Below, in pieces: positions 54,331 through 64,000 of a stretch of 64,000 nt of DNA. Within the stretch, counting starts at the first letter, position 1, and the number at the start of each line of letters is the position of its first letter. The notes under the pieces were generated by a model. That model ran no database searches and was not told where the DNA came from. It saw only the letters and a list, made by a program, of their open reading frames with translations. Both the position numbers and the translations under genes were made by a program. The stretch is taken from NCBI GenBank assembly GCA_013265495.1, contig MU058824.1, forward strand, positions 3,995,111 through 4,059,110, given 5' to 3'. This DNA comes from Vicugna vicugna. Lineage: Eukaryota.

Positions 54331-55525
54331 GTTTCCAGTTAGCAGGCCTAGATTGAGCATGGTAAGGAAGAAGATGAGGCTGGGTCTCTGATTCTGAAAG
54401 ACAAATCTACAGTGCTACTGAGGGTTTATTACATATAAGGATTATGTAAACATGCATGAGGCTGTCAAAACAAGTCTTAAAATTTACTACTGATAATCTG
54501 AAAATGTGACTGAGCTGCACTTTAAAGTTCTCTCTATGTAGAGAAACCTTAATAAAGTTCAACAATTGACTTTTCAGGGATCAAAGCTAGAAATTAGCCT
54601 GCCAGCACAAACAGTCCTACAAATCTCAAAATCCCAGAAAGGAGCTTAACCTTTATATAAGATATCCATGTGCCCCATGAGTCCTAAGCACTAACTACTT
54701 ATTCAAGCAGTGTTTGGCCTTAGTCAATAATGATGCCACCAATGGCTGAGAAGTCACAGTTCCCACCTTCATCTGAGCCTTAGGAAAATTTTAAGAGGTA
54801 AAAAGGGCAGCATCTTAAAAAAAAAAAAAAAACGAGAGGAGGGAGCAAGAGGGGAGAAACAGAGTTAAAATAACTCCAGCATCATCATACAACTAGGTAG
54901 TACATATACTAAATAACGCAAATCTCACATCTAGTCCTGCCTACCAAATCACATCAAATTAGGACTCAACTAGGATGCCCCAAATGAACTTACTTTCAAG
55001 CAAACATCTGATTTTCTTCCAACTTGCAGGAGGTCAGAAATTAGATATTTATGCCTGAAAGATGTCAAATACATCTATAAATTGAATCTTGATGGCATGG
55101 CACTGCTGACCAGGGTTCTATTCAAAGAGGCTACACAGGAAAGAGTGGGCTAATACGGCCTCATCAAACGCCTTAAGAAGAGGTCAACAGAGAGATTATG
55201 TCTGAGGTTAAAGGAAAAGATGAAGAAAATAATAGTAACATCCCAATAGAAATCTACCAAAGCTACTAGAGAAAGAAAAGCAGAAAAAGCATTCTTCATT
55301 TAACGCATCAAAGCACTTTCACTTCACTGTTTGAAATGGATATAAGAATAAATTAATCAACTGAAATCATAAACCAAAGCAAATGCAAGTAAATCTATAA
55401 CTACCAATTGCCAAATGAGGGAAAATTAATTGGGGAGGAAGGGGAGGCTTGAAATCACTTCCTCTGAAAAATTACAGAAGGAATTAGAGATGTTTACCAT
55501 GGAACATTCCTTAAAGCATGATCTG

Positions 55526-55612
55526 GGGGGAGTGGGTATAGCTCAGTGGTAGAGCATTGCTTAGCAAGGTCCTAGTATCTCCATTAAAGAGAAAAAAAAA
55601 AAGTTCCAAAAC
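55526..55612 (+). mobile_element. Vic-1-like SINE, internally deleted
   Basis: gggtatagctcagtggtagagc; TSD aagcatgatctg at 55514-55525 and 55613-55624. Confidence 0.88.
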
Positions 55613-56136
55613 AAGCATGATCTGAACCACGAGCAAGAGAATAACCTAAAGTACTTATTTTAGAATGAAGATTCCTAAAAGCTCTACCTTAGAAAACAAA
55701 ACCAAAATATCTAAACATACAGCCCCGAACTCTGCATATTTTAACAAGGGCCTCAGACAACTCCTTGGTATGTTGTCCTTAAGAAACTGTTCTAGAGCGA
55801 CAGCGACGCAAGATGGCAGCCACCACGGGCTCAGACAAATCATGTATTCAAACCAGCAGGGCCTCATCATCAGAACTCTAAGAACCTTGTGAGCATTAGG
55901 CATATGATTACCACTCCTTCTAGAAGACTGGCTGAAATAGAGGAAAGAGTTCAGGTGTGTGGTAAAGCCTCACTGAGTTCAAATCTTGACCTATAGTTCC
56001 CAGCTGTGACCCTGCAAAGGCATTTAATTTCTGAGTCTCAATTTCATTTTCTTTATCTTATGAAATAGAGTAACAGTATTCATTCCAAAGGAATTTTGTG
56101 GGGCTTAAGTGAAAATTATAAAAACGATCTAGCATG

Positions 56137-56807
56137 TGGAACCCTTGTGCACTGCTGCAGAAATGTAAAATGTTGCTGCCACTACAGAAAACCGTATGGC
56201 AGTTCCTCAAAAAATTAAAATAGAATTACCATATGATCCAGCAATTTCACAGTGGTGTACATATCCAAAAGAACTGAAAGTAAGGTCTCAAAGAGGTATT
56301 TGGTCCCATCAGCATTATTCATAGTAACCAAAAGGTGGAAGTAATTGAGTGTCTCTCCTTGGATGAATGGATAAACAAAATGTGGTACATACATACATTG
56401 GTATATTATTCAGGCTTCAAAAGGAAGGAAATCCTGATACATGCTACAACATGGATTAAGCTTGGAGATACTACACTAAGTGAAATAAGTCAGTCACCAA
56501 AAAAAAAAAGTGTAATTCCACTATACAAGGTACCTAGAATAGCCAAACTCAAAGAGACAGAAAGAAGAATAGTTGCTAGGGGTCCATGGAGCAGGGCATG
56601 GAGAGTTACTGTTTAATGGTTACAGAATTTCAGTTTTGCAAGATTAAAAGAGCTCTGGAGATTGGTTGCCCAACAACATGAATGTACATAGCACTACTGA
56701 ACTGCACATTTAAAAATGGTTCAGATTGGAACTATACACATAAAAAAGGTTAAGATGGTGAATTTTATGTTATGTGTATTTTACCACAATTGAAAGGGAA
56801 AAGAAAG
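56137..56807 (+). mobile_element. 5'-truncated L1 (L1MA/MB-like) inserted into a MIR
   Basis: ggaacccttgtgcactgct...gaattaccatatgatccagcaatt...tgttatgtgtattttaccacaatt; TSD gatctagcatg at 56126-56136 and 56808-56818; MIR text on both sides. Confidence 0.9.
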
Positions 56808-56864
56808 GATCTAGCATGAGTCTACAATTATGATAAACACTCAGTAAAAGTTTGTTCCCTTTCC

Positions 56865-57470
56865 TATGATGCACTGAAGAGGCCACAATATTACCTCTGT
56901 GGTATCTTTGCCAAAAATGCATAACCTGAAACTAACCACAAGAAATATCAGATAAACTCAAATTGAAGGACATTGTTCAAAATAACTGGCTTCCTCAAAA
57001 ACTTCAGGGTCTTGAAGATAAAATGAGCCCAAGGAACTCTTCCAGATTAAAGACTAAAGAAACACGACAATGCAGTGCATGATCCTAATGGAATCCTGGA
57101 CTGGAGGCAAAACATAGCTATAAAGGACATTATTGGTACAATTAATACCATCAGAATATGAATTGTGGATTAAATAATATCAATGTTAAATTCTCTTGAT
57201 TTTGATAACTAAAATTCGCTTATAAAAGAGAGAGTCTTTGTTTTTAGGAAATACATACATAGTATTTAATGATAAAGGGTATGTACGATGTCTCCAACTT
57301 ACTCTCAATCGATTAAAAAAGCAATACACATATATAAACATAGAGAATGAGAAAGCAAATAGGTAAAAATGCAAACAACTGTGAATTTAGCTAAATATAT
57401 ACAGAAGTTCCTTGTTCCATATCTCCGACTATTCTCTAAGTTTGAGATTATATCCAAATAAAAGGTCACC
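56865..57470 (+). mobile_element. L1 3' UTR fragment (L1MC-like)
   Basis: gccaaaaatgcataacctgaa; aaattgaaggacatt; aatgcagtgcatgatcct; tttttaggaaatacatac. Confidence 0.7.
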
Positions 57471-58178
57471 TAAAACAAGTTAGCACCCATGTTTTCATGT
57501 TATAAATGAAGTAAACCAGCATATCTCAAAAGTTTTTCCCACATAGCACTAGTCCCAAAAGATGCTCCACATAAAAAATGGATTCCGTAGGTGTGTAAAA
57601 TCTAGACCAGTTGCCACCTGTGATATTCTCCACCCAAAGGACCACAGGAACATGCTAAGATTTGGAGACGTCCTGAACTAAAGAAAACTGTTCAACCCAG
57701 CATTTCCATAGCTTTTGACAACCAAACCTTTTTTATTATTTTTTTTCAAACCTTTTTTATTTTATGATACTAATGTCAGCAAAAATAGTACTCCAGAGAT
57801 TGGAAGGGGCAGACTAGCTTGTGAGAGCTAGCAGTAAAGCAGGCACTGGGCCTGTGAACACCGGACTGCTGGCCTCAGAGAGTTAGCTGTGGACGAAGTA
57901 AAGGTTTTCTCTGTGCTAACCAGCATCTCTGAAAACTGAGGCTTTAATCCTGGCCTCACACTCCACCTGGCTAGACTAACCAGTCTAAACTATGGCATTG
58001 CTAAACACAAAAGCAACCACAACAAGGACACCAGAAATACATCCCTGTTTCATAAGTATACTATGTATTATTATATTTATTGCAAGTTGTTCATTTCACT
58101 TTTTACTTTACAAATCTCACTTTCTGAATAGACAACTCTTTGATTAACAAGTTTATTTCTGACCTCATTATATCCTTA

Positions 58179-58382
<204 letters not shown>

Positions 58383-58875
58383 TTACAGCCCTTAAAAGAA
58401 TTAAACCCTTGATAAAAGTCTTTCGGCACAAGCAAAGAGACACTAGAAGAAGAACCACCCCAAATAATAAGGATTTTTTTGCGAACTCAATCCTCTGTCT
58501 ATGTGCATGCGTGCACGTGTGGCCTCCTCTCCCCTGGATTTACAATGCTACTACAATCTGGCCCGAACAAAATCCTTTTCCCTTTAGCTCAGTAAAGTCA
58601 GGTTCATACTTCCCTAGGCATCCATTTGCGTAATAATCAGCTTAGCATACAACCAAGCACCCATGTCTTCCCACTCCCAAGTACTCAAGGAAAAGATTAT
58701 TTCTCTATTGGACTCTACCTCCAATATCAAATCTTTACACATAGAGAAGTTTCTTTCTCCCTAGAGGAAAGAGCAATGTGCTACACAGACCAGTGCCTCA
58801 GGAGTCTGTTTTCTAGACTCAGTTATGAAACAAATCATGACCTGAGCTTCCAGATCTGTTCAAATGAAGAATCTG

Positions 58876-59028
58876 GGGGGAGGGTATATCTCAAGTGGTA
58901 GAGTATATGCTTAGCATGCATGAGGTCCTGGATTCAATTCCTGGTACGGTACCTCCTCTAAAAATAAATAAATAAATATACCTAATTACCTTCCCCGACA
59001 GAAAAATAAATAACTAAAAAAAAAAAAA
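58876..59028 (+). mobile_element. Vic-1-like SINE
   Basis: A and B boxes, (TAAA)n spacer, long A tail; TSD aagaatctg at 58867-58875 and 59029-59037. Confidence 0.92.
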
Positions 59029-60121
59029 AAGAATCTGCTCAACCTCCTCTGGTCTCCCACAGAAACATGAAGACATAATGAAAAATGATACCACTGCCTT
59101 ACATACAACTGGCAAATGACTTGTGAAATGGTGAGATTTCATTTACAACTGCAACAACATGCCCAACAGTGAGCTCCTCAGCAGAAAGCTCAGGCCATCC
59201 TCTCCCAGCCAATCCCTGCTTTTTGAGATGACGCCTGTGTGGGTCGAATCTGCAGTACCCACAAATAAAGGCTAACAGAGTCTGTCATGAACACTCTCTA
59301 CTGCCTCCTCTGATGAACATGACTTAAACCAGTTTATCTGCTCAAAGTATGCTTTATCTTTATATTTCTGTCAATCAAAAAAATGCCTTCTAGTATTTGG
59401 CTCCCAGACACAAGACTCTACTGACAATCTCTGAAGAGCCAAGGGAAGGAGAGGAAAATCAGACAGAATCACTCAGCCAAAGGGTCAAAGTCTGCTCTCC
59501 TCTGCACCCAGCTAATTCTGATTGGGGCAGGAAATAACCACGGGACTCCAAAGGGCTGAGACAGGTCTATTTCAACATTCTTAATGAGTGTAGACAGCTC
59601 ATTAGAGATTTTCAGTACCATCATTAGAAAACCCAGGAGGAAGCCTCCAACAGGTAGCCACACAGGAAAGCTCAAAGTCACCTCAAAGAGAAGATATGCT
59701 GGACACCACCAGTAGTTAATTATGGAGTACAAATGAGGAACTACATCAGCATAAATTTTAAAGTGCATATCAATTTTTTTCCTTCTTCTTTTATGATGGG
59801 ATTGTCTCTGAAATGTAATCAATTGTTAGTTATAAAACCATTTGGATAATAAAGAATAGATTTCCACTCAATTCCCAACACTCATGTCTAAATGAATGAA
59901 GGCCTCATCTAGTGACAACACACTCAAACTGCAAACACATGGTCGATTCAGCATTCATGGTGTGATGGCCTCATGTCACCTTGGCACTGCAAACTCTCTC
60001 ACAGCATATCCATGGTGTCTTCAGCAGGACCAACCCTGGATCTAGAGCAGTGGTTCTCAATCTTGGCTACATATTAGAATTAGAGAACTTATAAAAAGCA
60101 TGAAATGTAACGTTCTTCTCA

Positions 60122-60310
<189 letters not shown>

Positions 60311-61128
60311 TTACATAAATATATACTGTCTTCCTTATGTCACAATCCCCCTCTACCTATTTCTAAAATCATCTTAAGGTTTTTTTATATTAAACAGCCT
60401 GGTTACAAGAGTGAAACTCATTTAAAAAAATTAAATGACAAGAAGTATAGAAGGGAAGAGAAGAGGAATGTTGGTAACTATCCCACTCCCCAACCAGGCA
60501 CATTAGCATAAACCATTTTCTCCTTGGTGCTCTGAGGTTCAACTACAAGCAAACACAATGTGTGCCAAAGGCAAGTTTGAACCAGAAGAGTGACTCAAAC
60601 CAAAGGGTTGGGTATATCTTATTAGATCAATTCTAGGTCCCTAACCCTAGGTACGAAATAACTTAAAATCCACATTCACCATCATGCATATTAGTCAGAG
60701 CCTACAGACTTAAGAGTATCAAATTTTTATTGTCCTTCTATTCTGTCCATTTCATTGAACTGGTCCTTTCTGAAGCATAATGGAATTAAAATAAAGGAAG
60801 ATGGGGTTAGGAAAAGAGTATTGAAAGTAAAATACTCAATGGCAATATTCTCAAAGAAAATACTCAGAATTCTTCTTTTCTAGAAATAAACCCCTGAGGT
60901 TTATATTCTGCAGCTGATTACTAAGATATTTATAATGTCACACACAATTGACAGAGAAATAGAATGCCAATAATAAGTCCATCCAGAAGAGCCTACCAGG
61001 AGTCAAAAGTAAAGGAGGAAAAAGAAGTGATACATTGTGAGTGGAACAACAACAAAAAAGCAAATCCAAGATAGATTCTAAAGAGAAAGAACATTTGAAA
61101 ACTTAGTAATGACAGGTAAATGATGTCA

Positions 61129-61395
<267 letters not shown>

Positions 61396-62699
61396 TTAGA
61401 GATATTTTATAAGCAAGGGTATTAAGTAAGGCATATTCAAAAATACACTCTCAGGATCAAACAAGTCAACAGTATTCCAAGAAAGAGAACAGCTCTTGCT
61501 TTCAAATAGTTTTATTACCAATAAGCAAAAGTAGAACCATCACTGTGATTTTTAAGTTCATTCAGGGTTTTTATATTTTTTATAGCAAAGTATTAAAACC
61601 CATTCTCCTCTTAGTGCACTCACACTTAGTGTAATTACCTGAAAGAAACAAACAAACAAAAAACAGCAGCAATTATTGCTTCCCCGTTCAAAGATCAGTG
61701 ATTTTAAGTCTGTACTAGAAGGACCTCAACTCTACAGAGTTCCCCAGAGGTTACAAGAGAACGGGTACTAGAGCACAAAGCTCTAGGCTTTCTATCCCTT
61801 CTTCTCCAGAGCAGCTCCATTATTCTATAAACTGGCATTTTCATTTAAAATTTCATTTCATAGTAGTATCAATTAAAATTATAGATGTAGATAGCTTTTG
61901 ACCTCATAGGTTCACACTTAGGAACTGTTCCTATAGCTACAGTCTTACTCATCATCAAAAATTATGCACATTCAAGATCAGTCAGTGCAGTAGCACTGCT
62001 TGTAACAGCAAAACCCTGGAAACAATCCAAACGTGCTCACACTACATAAATCATTGCACAGGTACAAAATGGCATTCTATGCAGCCATTCTAAAAAAAAA
62101 GAGGAAGCTCTTTATGAACTGATATGAAACAATCTCCAATAAGAGTACACACTTTATGATTCCATTTATATCAAATTCTAGAATACATAAAACTAACCTA
62201 TGGTGATAAAAATCAGATCAGCGATTGTTGAGAAGAGCAATGGGAGGTGGGGTTACAGGGATTAACTTTCAAGGGCCAGGAGAAAACCTTCTGGTGTAAT
62301 AGAAATCTTTTGGACATTGAATAGAGTGGGAAGTACATGGGTACATATCTCTTTCAAAAACTATATAATTAATGTATTTATTTTATCATATATAAATTAT
62401 ACCTAAATAGCCAATTTTTTAGATGCTAGCCAATAAATTTTACATAAAGAACAGACTACTTTATATTTTCAAGTAAATAAATACAAAATAAAATGAAACA
62501 AAAACATTGGAAATCTCTATGAATGTACATAGATGGTCTCCAAGCTAAAATACTAAATGAGGGAGAAAAACAGGTACAGAATAATATTACAGTATGTGAC
62601 CATTTGTGTGCAGAAGCCAATAAGCTACACATACACAGTGATAAATTTAAAAAACACATAGATATATATAAAATATACATAGGCATTTCTAAGCATGTG

Positions 62700-63114
<415 letters not shown>

Positions 63115-63555
63115 TTAAATGAGCAAGAAACCTATTTGGGAATTGTTCCAAGCATCAGTATCAACAACTTCAATAATGAGTAGCAAAAGCAACAAAACAA
63201 TTTGTTCAACAATATAGAAATATATAACCAAACTTACTTGTGTGTACATTTAAAAAAAGGCCTTGAGGGTCTTACAAAAGATAAGGTCTATGGGGTGCAG
63301 TAGTAAAACACCCAGAACAATTAACATAATTTCTGACTCCCTTTAGAAGGTTAGCACTCCAAACAAGGAAAATGACAGAAACACTGCTCAGTGTGCATGC
63401 CTGGGCTACCGCTTCGTTCTCAGAAACGTCCATGAAGGAGCATGCTGAACCAAAAATTGGTGAACATAGGTAAAAGGTACGCAGCTTATTCACTGTCTCT
63501 GTTTTCCAACTTTTCAAGGAGCTTGAAATTTTCCAAAATAAGAAGTTGATTGGGA

Positions 63556-63703
63556 AGGGGAAGGATATAGCTCAGTGGTAGAGTGTGTGCTTAGTATGCA
63601 CGAGGTCCTGGGTTCAATCCCCAGTACTTTCATTAAAATAAATAAATGAATAAATGAACAAATGAATAAATAAATCTAATTACCTCTGCCCTGCCCCCTA
63701 AAA
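63556..63703 (+). mobile_element. Vic-1-like SINE
   Basis: tatagctcagtggtagagtgtgtgcttagtatgcacgaggtcctgggttcaatccccagtac; TSD aagaagttg(a/g)ttgg at ~63540 and ~63704. Confidence 0.92.
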
Positions 63704-64000
63704 AAGAAGTTGGTTGGAGAGGAGAACAAACCAGGCTGAAAAAATTTTTAAATCCATATTAAAGATAGAAATCCAGATATTCATAATGTAAACAAGTAAA
63801 ACTTTATTATAAAATAAGACTCGATCTAATTAATGATAAATGGCTTAAGATCCAATTTTCTAGGGCCATGCAACCAAATATTAGTTCTTGACCAAGTATC
63901 AATTGTAACTTTGACTATTCTGATATGATCATCTTTTTTTCTTTTTTGAGGGGAGTGGGAGTCTAATGACTAAAACCCTGGGAGTAATCAAAATATTTTT

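Noticed and set aside
59469..59822. 117-aa minus-strand ORF with a basic patch and a hydrophobic stretch
   Set aside because: Non-ATG start, no recognisable homology, no supporting gene structure.

Overview
Mammalian genomic DNA, very probably from a camelid (alpaca/camel), judged from 11 copies of a tRNA-Ala(AGC)-derived SINE resembling Vic-1. The window carries most of the MELK (maternal embryonic leucine zipper kinase) gene on the minus strand. Fifteen coding exons (human exons 4-18, numbered from memory) all have canonical AG/GT boundaries and join into an open 1809-nt frame (602 aa plus TAA) covering the kinase, UBA, TP-rich and KA1 regions, followed by a ~350-nt 3'UTR. The promoter and first coding exons lie beyond position 64000. 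Introns are filled with L1, L2, L3/CR1, MIR, hAT-Charlie/MER and MaLR/ERV LTR remnants. I see no evidence of a new multi-gene system. The most notable unexplained structures are a ~160-bp, ~90%-identical inverted duplication in intron 8, an inverted pair of SINEs bracketing in-frame exon 12, CPE motifs beside tandem poly(A) signals, and a stop-introducing cryptic acceptor before exon 10. Repeat family names and comparisons with human MELK come from memory, not database searches, and repeat boundaries are approximate.
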